Source: Cyanophora paradoxa CCMP329 (lineage: Eukaryota > Plantae > Glaucophyta). From it: a stretch of DNA of 64,000 nt. The translations under genes were made by a program, and so were the position numbers. Each line of letters opens with the position of its first letter. The stretch's first letter is position 1. Below, one piece after another: positions 25,928 through 37,346 of this stretch. Where the stretch lies: assembly GCA_004431415.1 (NCBI GenBank), contig QPMI01000408.1, positions 1,054,001 to 1,118,000 on the forward strand, written 5' to 3'. The notes below the pieces were generated by a model. It did not search any database, had not been told where the DNA came from, and was given only the letters and a program-made list of their open reading frames with translations.

Positions 25928-28900
25928 TGAGCCCCGTCCTCCCCGCAGAAGTGCTACAGGGAAGAGCTGGGGGGGGCGTGCCCCGAGGGCACGCGCTCCA
26001 TGTTCGCGAACAGGACGCACTACATCTACTTCGCCAGCGGCCGCCGCGGCCAGGTCAGATCCGCTAGAATATGCTTCTCGCGCTTCCCGCTCAACATCCG
26101 TGCAGCCCGCGGGGTACCCCCTCATCACGGCGCCGCTCTCGCCGATGGCGACCGCCTGGTACGCACCTCCGCCCCGTATCGCCTTCCGAGCACCGGCGGC
26201 GCCTGTGCACATACCTCCCCCCCCCCCCCCAGGTACAACGCGACTGTGCGGTCGGCGGCAGGTGCCTCCTGGTTCGCTGCGCGCTTCACGCACTCGTCGC
26301 CGGTGCGGCCTCCGCTTGCGATGGCATTTGGGCGAACGAATTAGGCTCGGATCAGCTGGCTGCGCTCGAGAGAAAGGGTCCGATCCCGACTCGAACCCGC
26401 AGACCGAGGCCGCGGACCCCCTGGACGGAGTCGTCGTGAGGCGCGCTCTTTTCGCGCGGGTTCGAATCCGCGCGGGTCCCATTTTCTGAGGCCCGCCGCA
26501 GCTTTGCCGTGGCGTTCCGGCTGGAGGGGAGCATTCAGGAGGAGCTGGCCTCGGTGACGGCGGGGTTGCCCGGTACCCCCCAGGCGTACCCGGGGCCGGC
26601 TACCCCCTTCTGGTACACGGAGGCTGTACCCCCCCAGAGTCCCATCGGGGGCGCAGCCGCGGCGAACATTCGCCTCGGGGCCCTGAGGTTCGCGTACCCC
26701 AAACCCTCACACGCTCTTCTTAGCTTGCCCTATGCCTCGTCGTGTCCTGACACTTCCACTCACGTGGCCCCCGCAGCCGGCAGCTCCAGGAGTTTGTCGC
26801 AATCAAGGGTACCCTCCTCTTCCTCACCACCGCCACCGTGCGCCCGTATCCCCTCCGCGCAGTTCTTTTTTCTTTTCACATACCCCCTCCCCAGGGGCGC
26901 ATGTTCGCCACATCGACGGGGAAGCTCCTCCACGTGATCAACCCCAAGACGGTACCCCCATTCCCTCCTTCCCCCTTCCTCCCCTTCCGGGAGCTCATGC
27001 GTACCCCCCACGCGCTCCTCCTCCTTCGTAATCCGCAGGGTATGGCGATCCTGGCCTCGGAGAGCCCGGACACGCTCACGCGGGACGCGTGGCGGGCGTT
27101 TCCCCCCGCCGATCCCGGCGCTGGCTCCCAGCGCCTCGTAATCGAGTACGGGGGACGCCAGTACTTCGCCGGGTACGGGAACGCTCCAATCTGAGAGGAG
27201 TCTTCGATTCGGCTCACCCTGGGGGGTACAGGCGGGCGCCGCTGCACCTGGACCCGAACCTCGACCTCGTGCTCTACATTGCCGTACCCCGCGACGTCGT
27301 CATGTCCGAGCTCCAGGCGCGCTGACCCGCCCCGCCCCGCGCCCCCGTCTCCTTTCATCCGGGGCTGCGCTGACGTCGGATCGCTCCACAGCACGCGATA
27401 GCCATAGAGCTGGGCGTGAGCGCTGCCTGGCTGGTGGTCTGCATCGCGGTCGCGGTGCTAGTCTCGTGGGGCATCACGCGCCCCATCGACAAGATCCGCG
27501 GTTCCATGCAGATCCTCCTCGAGGCGCGCCCCGCCCCGCGCCGCCCCCTTCGTCTTATCGAATGCCTAGAACCTCGGCTCACCGCGTCCCGTCTTCCATC
27601 CGCCCCATCTGATTTGATCTGATCTGATTTAACTGCAGACGATGACCTCTGTCTACGCGGATATGCGTACCCACGTCGACTCGCGGGCGCCGCCGGCGTC
27701 GGCGCCGATGTCGCCCACGGAGCGCGGCCCAGCGACGGGCCTCACGAACGCCGACGAGTTCCCGGGCTCCTTCGTCTCCTCCCCGCACCATTCCAGCAAC
27801 GTGCGTACCCCCTGATCGAGCTCCGTGCCGCCCTGATCATGACCTTCTTTCCCGTACCCCCTACAGGTGCGGCTGCGGGAGCTGACGGCGTTCGACGACC
27901 TCGTGGCCGATATGCACTCCCGCTTCGTATCCTTCCAGGAGGTGCCGTGCCCCAATTCCATCCGACCCGATCCGATCCGATCGGATCTGATCCGATCTGG
28001 CTTGTCCCCCCCCCCCCCCCCCAGGTGGTGTCGACGGAGGCGAAGGCGAAGATCGAGATGGAGGTCCGCTCGGAGGAGACCAAGAAGGCCCGCCCCGCCC
28101 CCGCCCCCGCCCCTCGCTCCTCAACGCGCCCGCCCCCTCCGCAGTTCCTCGCCACTGTCTCCCACGTCCGCCTTGCCCCTCCTCCGCCCACTGCTCTCTC
28201 ATACCCTCGATCCCTGACGCCCCGCCGGCCCCGCAGGAGATGCGCACGCCCCTCAACGGCATGCTCGGTGCCGCCCGCCCCGCCCCGCCCCGCGCCCCCC
28301 GCCGGGGCCCGGCCTGAAGGGGGGTACAGGCATGCTGGACCTGGCGCGCGAGTGCGAGCTGCCCGCCGAGGCCGCCGAGTACATCGAAGCGGTACCCCCC
28401 TCCCCCCGTGCTCCGCCCCGTATCCCCTGATTCGTTCTCTCAAGGCCTCCCTCTCTGGGGATCACCTCCTCGCGTGCGGCCGACCCCCGTACCCCCCTCG
28501 CCCTCCTTCCCCCCGACGCCGTACCCCAGGCTGGTGAACGACATTCTGGACCTGCAGAAGATGGAGGCCGGGCTCATCGAGCTCGCCGTGCGCCCGTACC
28601 CCCCCTCCGCCACCCCCCCCCCTCACGGGGAGGCAGAGCGCGCCGGTGGACGTGCGGTCGGCGGTGGTGAACGCCGTGCGTATCGTCAAGCGCAAGGCCG
28701 ACGAGAAGGTACGTACGGGGCCCCGGGCCCTGGGGGGCGGGGGCAAGCGCGGGGCCGAGTCCCGTACCCCGCAGGGCCTCACGGTCTCGATGGACGTGGC
28801 GGACCACGTACCCGTCCTCGTCTCCTCCGACCCCGACAGGCTGCGCCGTGCGTACCCCCCCCCCCCCGCTCGCGCCCCGCGTCGCCCCTACCCCTCTTGG

Positions 28901-31900
28901 GCTGATCCTCCGCCCCGCCGCAGAGATTCTCCTCAACCTGGTACCCCCTGCGCCCCCTGCCCCTCCCCCCCAAACAAACCAACCGTACTTCGCAGCTGTC
29001 GAACGCGGTGAAGTACACCGTCCACGGCTCCGTCGAGGTGCCATCTCGTTAGAGAACGATATGCCTCTTGTCTCGGCCTGACCGCCCCTCTCGCACCAGG
29101 TCCGGGTATCCATCCCCGAGCGGCCCGTCGTGCCGATCCGGGAGGCTCCTGGGAGCCCCGGCGGCCGCTCCGGGCGCATCGTCCTGCGCTTCGAGGTGCG
29201 CAGGAGCTGCAGCCAAAGGCTGATATATATAAAAGCTTGAACATCTTAAGGTGCTTAAAGGTCAACGTCAAGGGTTCGGGCCAAAGGCTGTTAACCGCAG
29301 ACCCGGTGATACTAAGAGCTTGAGGGTTTTAAGGCGCTAAGGTGTTAAGGGTTCGGGCACTTTAAAAGAAATGCGCAAGGTTTCGCCCTGTACCGGGCTC
29401 TCCCAGCCGAATACTTCGCGTTGCTCACGTTGGCTTAATTCCTCACGTTGCTATCCCCGTTGCCCTCCGTTTATAAAGCTCGCCTCGATTGCGCCCTCCC
29501 CTCACGTTGACGCTCGTCGCTTTTTTCAGATCATCGACACGGGTCCCGGCATCGCCAAAGAGCACCAGGTACCCACTTCACGCTCGCTCGTATCGAATCG
29601 ACGCCGCCGTTCGGCCTGACCCGTTCGGCCTCTCTATAAATAGATACAGCTATTCCAGCGCTTCTACCGGGTTCAGCACGTCTCGAGGTCCCAGAACGAC
29701 CCGGGGGGTACCGGCCTCGGTCCGCGACGACCCCGTACCCCCGCCCTGGAGTCTCCGCGGCGGGGCGCCTGAGGCGGGCGGCTGGGGCAGGGCTGGCGAT
29801 CAGCCGCGAGATCGTGGAGAAGGCGGGCGGGCGCATCGGCTGCCTCTCCAACGCCGGCGAGGGCTGGCGCGCCCCTTTTCCCTCCTTGGTCTCCTAGCCC
29901 GGGCGCTGATCGCACGACCGCCCCCTCAGCACGTTCTGGTTCGAGCTGCCGTGCCGGTACGAGCGGGCTCCGACACGAACCAACAGCGTCCTCATCGAGG
30001 GACAGGCGCGTAGATCTAGAACGAAGGAGGGAGGCGGGGGGGTGGGGGGGGTACGGTCCGTGCCGTCTCTGACCTCTTCGTTCGCAGGGCGCTCTACACT
30101 CCGCAGACGGGGCGCTGAGGACGAGGTACCCCCGCCCCCTCCTGCGCCTTCGCGGTACCCTTCAAACCCCCGCCGCAGCATAATTCACCATCGCCAGTCG
30201 TCGTTCCCCTCCGACGGCTCGCAACTCGTGCGGCCCTCCTCCACTTCGCTTTTTTTCCAGCCCCGCGCCCCTCACTTCCCCGTTTTGGTTTTTGAAGGAC
30301 GAGTCGGGTGCGGCTGGAGAGACGACGGAGCGGCCGTCCGTCTGCGGCTCGACGGCCCCGCCGCTGGGCTGCAGCCTTCCACCCATGGACATCCTCGTCG
30401 CCGAGGGTCCGCCCCCCCGCCCGCCCGGCTCGTCGGCTCGCTTGCTTGCCGGGCGCTGACGGCCGGCCGCGGCCTGCGCCGCCCGCGCCGCCCGCGGCCG
30501 CAGACAACGCGATGAGCGCGCGGGTGGTGACGTCGATGCTCAAGAAGGAGGGGCACCGCGTCACCCTCGTCCAGAACGGCGCCGAGGCCCGGCCCCCCGC
30601 CCCGCCCCGCCCGCCCCGCGCGGCCCCTCTCAGGGCCCCCGCAGGCGGTGCAGCGGTTCGCGGAGGCGACGGCGGGGGCCGCGCCCGGCGCCGCCGCGTA
30701 CGGCATCGTCTTCATGGACGTGCGCCCCTACCCCCCCCCCACCCCATCTCTCCCTCGCTGACAACCCTCTACCCCCGCAGTGCCTCATGCCCGTCATGTC
30801 CGCCCCGCCGCCCCGCCCGCCCTCGCGGTCCCCGCCCGCCTCTCTCATCCCCCCCTTTCTTTCAGGGACGGGTACGAGGCGACGGGGGCGATCCGCGCGC
30901 TGGAGGCCGAGCGCCGCCTCGCGCGCCACTTCGTCGTCGCCCTCACCGTACCCCTCCCCGCCCCCGCCCCCGCCCCCACCCCCACCGACCTAACCCCGAG
31001 TACAGGCCAAGGCGTCCTCGGAGGACGAGCAGGAGTGCCTGCGGGCCGGCATGGCACGCCGCCGCGCCCCTGTACCCCCAGACCCGAACTTACCTCTGCT
31101 CCCCCCCCCTGCACAGGACCGGTACCTGCCGAAGCCCGTCCGGCGCGCCACGCTCGCCGCCATGGTACGCCGTACCCCGTCCGTTTCTCTTTCTGTACCC
31201 CTCTTAACTTCTCCCCTTCTTTAATTTTGCAGCTGGAGGAGAGGGCGGCAATGCTGCAGGGGGCTACCGCCGCCGATCGCCGCGCGTTCAGGCGACCCTT
31301 CTTCGAGCCGGTCGAGACCATCGTCGAGGCTCGTTCTCCGTACCCTCGTCCGCCCCTTCCCTTCAGCTAACCAACCGGTACCCCCCTTCAGGCGGACTTT
31401 CCGCCCTCGGGCGCGGCGTCGCGCCGCGGGTCGCTCGCCCTCGCCCCCGTCGAGCGCCGCGGCTCCGCAGTCGCGACCGATCGCGAGCGCCGCGGGTCGG
31501 AGCTGGGGGCAGAGGCCTCGGCGGCGGCGGCGGTGCCCGGGAGCTTGGCCGCCGCCGCCCCTGGGGAAGAGGCGGCGCCGGCCCCGGGGCCGGCATGGGT
31601 GCCGGCGCCTCTGCAGCTGCTGTCCGAGGCGCGGCTGGAGGGGGACGGGGAGAGGCGGGAAGGACCCGCGGCCCCCGCCGACCCGGCTCCGCCCGCCGCC
31701 GCCGATCGCCTGGCGACCCCGCCGACCCCTGCGCCCGGCCGCCCCCAGTCGTTCCCAAAATCACGTACCCGCTCCTTCGGCGCCCGCCCCGCCGGCTCGC
31801 CCCGCTCCTCCGAGGCGCTCGCGCACCACCACGTACCCCCCGCGGTCGCGGCCGCGGCCGCGGCCGACGGCGCGTCCCTGGGGGGTACCGGGTCCACGCC

Positions 31901-32886
31901 GGCTTCCCCGGGCGGCTGCGCGGCCCTCGCCCACTTCGCCTCCGATTCAATGCGGCGCGCGTCGCACGCCAACCCGCTCGACCTCCTCGTCGTCGACGAC
32001 GTCGAGGTACACGTACCCCCCTTTCCTCTTTTTTGAACGCCGTACCCCTCCGAACGCCGTACCCCCCGCCGCTCAGATGAACCGGCGCGTGCTCGTCGCT
32101 CTGCTATCGAAGGAGGGGCACCGGGTCGAGGTCGCGTGCGACGGACAGGTACGCACCCCGCGTCCGGAGGTACGCGTAACCACCGACGGAAACCTGTACC
32201 CCCGCAGGAGGCGGTCGACATCTTCGAGCGGCGGGCGCGGGAGGCGCTGGCGGCCGAACGCGAGGGCAACGCCCCTCCCGACAGGGAGCCCCGCCCCGTC
32301 TTCGACTGCGTCTTCATGTGCGCCGCCGTACCCCTCTCGACCTTCTTCCCCATCTACCGCTGACGCCGCGCCCAGGGACATCTCGATGCCGGTCATGGAC
32401 GGGTGCGCCCCGCGCGCGCGTGCCGCGGCCGGCGCGTGCCCGCCGCGGGCTCGAGCGCGGGCGCCGCAGGTACGCGGCGACGCGGCGGATCCGGCACCTC
32501 GAGAAGAGCCTCGCGCTGCCCGTCCCGACGCCCGTCGTCGCCTGCACCGCCCTCAGCTCCTCCGACGGTGCCGCCCCCCCCCCCCCGCCCCCCCGCCGCC
32601 GCCCCAGCCGACCCGGCCCCTCTCAGACCGCGAGCACATGACCGAGGCCGGCATGGACGACCTGGTTCGCGCCGCTCGCGCACGGCCGCTCTTCCCTTGG
32701 CCTCGGGCCGACGGCCGCGCCCCTCCCGCGCAGGTGGTCAAGCCCGTCGGGCGGGCGAAGATCTTCGGCGCCCTCGCCAAGTGGGCCAAGCGCGGGGGGT
32801 ACGCGAACCCGTACGAGGGCTCCCGCCGCGGGGGCCACCCCGCCCCCCTCGCGGAGCGGCCCCTCTCGTCCGGGGACGAGTCCTGA
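24333..32886 (+). CDS. Membrane hybrid sensor histidine kinase, paralog B (same architecture, ~50 exons)
   Basis: Start MPGDSIVAG, with ATG context tcagcgcagcgATGcct shared with paralog A. TM1 LSIRTLFIVSAVLQ|VISACGFTFAIMWVFG. H box at ~28145-28270, HATPase ~28920-29960, REC1 ~30385-31165, REC2 ~31980-32790. Stop TGA at 32884-32886. Confidence 0.92.
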
Positions 32887-33109
32887 AGCGGACGCCCCAG
32901 ACGAGTCTTGAAGCGGACGCCCCTGATCCTTGTGGTGCTTCGAGTTTCATCATTAATATTAGTATTGTACTACTACGGTATATATATACGTAGCTAGTTA
33001 TTATATCCTCTCATTATTGTGCTAGTTATTCTGTTTTTGGTGATTTCAAGTTTGCCGGCCGGCCGCAGTCTCTAGACACCAGTTTGGAGATTCCCTTATT
33101 ATTGTTTAT

Positions 33110-33192
33110 CGCACGAGGGCTCCCGCCGCGGGCCCTTCGCACTCGTCGAGCGCGCCGTCTCCTCCTCCGGCGCCTCGGGCGACGAGAACTAG
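33110..33192 (+). pseudogene. Orphaned former 3' terminal coding segment of kinase paralog B
   Basis: Immediately after the copied flank, the sequence translates HEGSRRGPFALVERAVSSSGASGDEN*. This is homologous to the current end YEGSRRGGHPAPLAERPLSSGDES*. Confidence 0.85.
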
Positions 33193-34194
33193 CCTTTTAT
33201 TGGCGCCTCCCGGACGCGAAGTTTTTCTTCTAGCTAGCGCTATAGCTAGCTGGCTATAGATAGCGCAAGCTGGAGTCTGCAACACTAGAAATGTAATTAA
33301 AATCGGCGTTCGTACGTTATATAAATAATCGTGGGTAGCTATCGACTTGCTCATCATATATTTTGCGATACATGTACATAATTATATGCTTATCATATTG
33401 ATTAATTCTAGTATATATTGCAATACCTAAGCTTTCCCTCTAGCTCGTCGTGTACGCATTTTTTTTCGTTTGCGGATGATCATGATTTCTTTGCGTGCTT
33501 CTTTTTAATTTTGGCGTAGAAGGAAGAAGTAGATGCCAGATGTAGAAGGAAGTAGATGTAGATGTCTGGTCCGAATCATAGGAGGAAGTAGATGCCAGAA
33601 TAAAAATTCATATGCATGTGTATACGTACGAATCGCTTAAGGTTCTCCCAGAGTCCCAGACTCCCAGAAGGTTTTCTTAGAGTCCCACTCACTACGTATA
33701 CGTTGCAGTCCCACTTTAGCTTCTTTGAATGAGTGTTCGTCGCATAAAAGACAGAGAAGCACGCAGGGTTTCGCAGTCTCGATCACTGAGTTCTTTTGCG
33801 TTGTCTTGCAGCGTCGGCACGCGAGACATGTGTGTGCACGTGGCATATGCATATGCATACAAGCACATATATATCGATCGAGCCTCGGAGGGGTTCCCCT
33901 GGCCGTGACGGTGACGCTTGAATAAAGCGGTTATACATATAGTAATTATCCGAGTCCGAGTTTTCGAGCTCTCCCCCAATTGCATTTGTGGTCCCTCATC
34001 TATATGTGAAGCTGCTGCAGCTGATATTCGATGTGATGTGACACTCGGAACTTCGGAAATCTTTATCGATTATTAAATAAGGACATCCTCTAAAAAAGGT
34101 GGCCTACCTATAGGAAGTCCAGGATCCAAGTCTACTCCGATCCCGAGAAATCAATCTCGGAAATCATCTGCGGCACCTTCAACCATCAGTCACG

Positions 34195-36402
34195 TTACCC
34201 CTGGAGAGGAAGGGGGGTCCGAGTTCGAATTCGAACGCACGGGGTCGAGCGCGCTGTCGGCGAGGAGGTCGGCATCGACGGCCTCCAGCTCGTACTCGTA
34301 CTCGGCCTGCGCACGCGAGTCCGTGTCAACGTTTCTCGCCGCCTCAGAGTCTGTTGCATAATATCCAATAGATATTAATATTACCTCCTGAGTCTCATCG
34401 GCGACCTGGATCTCGTCGTCCAGCGCCTTCGTAAACGCAACGCACGACGCATTGGTGAGGCTGTTCTTGAAGCTGAGGCCGGAGCTCGAGCTCATGCACG
34501 CGCTGCGAATGCGAGGTAAGAAAGGAGAATGCAATCTGGAAACTTCAATATTACTCTGGATGTAGCGAATCAATCAAAGATGACTGCGTGCACGTGCACG
34601 TGCTCACTTTCTGTGGTAGGTCCCAGTCAATGCAGTGGTGCAGCTGCGGTGGGCCGTCATGATCACGATCAGCGTCAATGTTCAACGTTTCGGATGATGA
34701 CACTGCAGGTAATTGCTGCAAGCATCGATCATCTGTATCGCTACGATCGCGGGCGCTCACGACTTGTCCGAGTAGCACGTGCCGCAATTCGCGGTGTTGT
34801 TGACAGTCGTGCCGTCGGCCTCCTTCACGTACGAGCAGCCCTCCACGCCGTAAGTGAAGCTCGAATTCGCTCCTCCAGGGGACACGCTTGATCCTGCGGC
34901 CATCGACGTCGACGTCGTTGTAGTCGTCGTCGTGGTCTGCTTCTGGTTTGTGCAGGACCTGGCGCAGAGAAGGGATCGAGTCATATAAACGTTGTAGACG
35001 TCGACATGTACAACGCGTGGCCATGCATGGGGCACGCACTGCCCGGTGCTGTCGGTGAATGTTCCGAGGTTGCTACCCTGTGCCGACGGTCACGTGCGAG
35101 GCTCTCGATTTTGGAAGTGATACATGGAAGCATATGTTCGACCCGCGCACGGTCGCATCGAATCCTGAGTAGCAAGTGATGATAGGCGCGTTGTTCGTCT
35201 GGTTCGTGGTCGTGTACGTCGACATGTTTGACGTCTGGAAAACGGCCGACTTCCCCCCAAGATTCCAGCAATCGCTGCGTGGCAATATATTTTAAATCAC
35301 TTCTCAAGGGCCTCCGATGCTCATGATCATGATCAAGATCAGTCAGTTCGCGATCGTGCGCAGATAATGGTCGCGCACGCGGTGGCCGAGACGGTGCCAA
35401 GGTTGGTCCCGACACCATTGTAGTCGGAGTAGCACGGGCCCTGATCATGAGAGACGCACGTGTCAGCTGCAGCACTAGCGTAAAAATGAATCGAAAGTGG
35501 CGGCATCGATTCGCTGAAACTTTCAGCGAACTGCTCCAAAGGCAGGCGTAAGGCAACCGCATGCTTGCCTTCGAGAACAGGTTTATGCAGCTTGAGCTGT
35601 TGTAGACCCCCGTCGAGGTGTTGAAAATTTGGGACGAATAGGAAAACGTGTTCGGATCCGCCGTGCAGGTCCTGTGCACGAACAAATTTAATTCGAAAGC
35701 GATCATGGTACCAGAGACGGGCCGCGATGCTGCCCAAGTTGAGCAAATTAAACGCACGAGTTGAGGACGGCATCTGTGCCGGGCGACGTGGCGAGCTTGC
35801 CGTTCCAGGCCTTGGACACGTCGGTGTTCGAACACCTGAAGACAACATAATCAAACAAAGTTATCGGTACGCCAGCCTTGTGTTCTCAGAGTCTGCGAGC
35901 GCTGGCGCGTTTCACCCGTAATAATCATAGCAAGTGTACAGAGTCTTGTTGTAGTAATTGGTCGAGGTGGACGAGGTCCCCGATGTGTATGTAAATGTCT
36001 TAATCTCCTTGAGCGTTTCGCCTGATCATGACCGTACGTATACGCGTCGAACGTTGACAGTCAAACGCTTCACTGATTCAGGCTTCAATTCCTCGAACTT
36101 AAAGCTTACCGCCCAGCCCGCCGTTCGCGGTAGTCCCGAAGCACTTGCTGCGGTGCAACTCGAAGTCATGCATGTATATATTTGGTGTCATGATGCCGAC
36201 TCGGCGACCGGAGCAGATCTAGAGTTCACGGGAGTGCACGTGACGGCATCGGCCTGGACGGTCTCGGTGAGGGATCCCAGCGAGCTCCAGCTTCCCGACA
36301 CCGGCGTCCACACGCCAGACACGATCTTGGTGTTTCCATCGAAGCATTCGTACGTTGCGGTGACGGTGGTCATCGTTTCAACTGTAAAGGTTTGAGGTTC
36401 GC
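34195..36402 (-). CDS. Cys/Thr/Ser/Gly-rich repeat protein with acidic C-terminus (multi-exon, 5' end unresolved)
   Basis: Spliceable exons include TYECFDGNTKIVSG, KCFGTTANGGLG, LYTCYDYYG|CSNT, PCYSDYNGVGTNLGT, ITCYSGFDAT|GSNLGT, GTCYSDKS|CTT and ...DDEIQVADETQE|AEYEYELEAVDADLLADSALDP|G*. Confidence 0.65.
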
Positions 36403-36771
36403 CTGGGCCGCAGAAATTAAAATTAATCGCGATTAGCCTTCAGCAGCGCGTGCCACGGCCGCGGTGCACGCAGAAGATCTAGACGGCCGCCGGGCGGCCC
36501 TGCATGCGCGCTAGCCTTGAAGCATGCGCGCTGCGGCGCGCACCTAACACGAACGAATATCGATGCGAATATTAATTCGGACTCCGGGAGAACCTCGGAT
36601 CCCCAAAAGAAGCTTTACTCCTGTCCGCAGCTTCTGCTTAAGCGCTGCAGCTGGCTGGCTAGCTTTGAGCCTTTGGCAAGCCCTAGGCCTAAAGTAAAGT
36701 GCCGCCGTGCCGCACTCGTACAGAGTCCGACTGTCGTACTATCGTAGTACGTGCAGGCTGAGCTGTACAGC

Positions 36772-36958
36772 TACTAGGCTACTAGGCCAGTGCTGACTCT
36801 GCTAAGTCATGATCACTGCTGAGTCTGCTGAGTCAGTGCTGACTCAGTGCTGAGTCAGTGCTGACTCCTCCGAGGCTCAGTGACTCCGTTGAGCTGCAGG
36901 ACTGCGGCTACCGGGTAGGCCTTTAGCTAGTAGCTAGTACTAGCCTAGTAGCCTAGTA
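36772..36958. repeat. ~190-bp element with 16-bp inverted ends and internal gctga(g/c)tcagt array (MITE-like or fold-back structure)
   Basis: tactaggctactaggc (36772-36787) and its exact reverse complement gcctagtagcctagta (36943-36958). Alternating gctgagtcagt/gctgactcagt units lie at ~36827-36867. Confidence 0.5.
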
Positions 36959-37346
36959 TTAGGCTTGTAGTAGTGCAAGTATAGCTCTTAAGAGTCTTCC
37001 ATAAGTTCCACGTCATGCGTCACCGTCACCGAATCACGTCATCTATTGTAACAATCTCTCCCGGGCGTCATTCTTTAGTACTTGGTACATCTGTCGGTGT
37101 CTCGAATCGGGTCTTCGGAATTCGAACGGAGCCTGCCCCTCTAGATCTGCGGGGCCCGGGCCGCCCGGCCTCTGCAACATTCAATGAGGGTCCCGGTCAT
37201 ACCGGCGCAGCTATCATCTTCCGCCTTGTTCGTAGTTATAACTGATCTAAGAAATCGCATGGCATATACGTAACTGATGTAGCACTAACGCCAAGCCTGC
37301 CGCCGGCGTGTACACGTGATCGGATCAACGCTTCGGCTGGGGCAGG

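Larger units (their letters stand above)
14376..33109. repeat. Large inverted duplication: arms ~14376-23200 and ~24305-33109, ~1.1-kb spacer
   Basis: The reverse complement of the left arm matches the right arm with shared intron positions. The 3' flanks 14376-14598 and 32887-33109 appear identical, while other segments are strongly diverged. Confidence 0.95.

Noticed and set aside
14599-32886. Bacterial contamination or a prokaryotic two-component operon
   Set aside because: Conserved motifs are split by dozens of spliceosomal introns.
14376-33109. Whole inverted duplication as an assembly artefact
   Set aside because: The arms differ by many substitutions and have unrelated linkers while both keep open spliced frames, which fits real paralogs.
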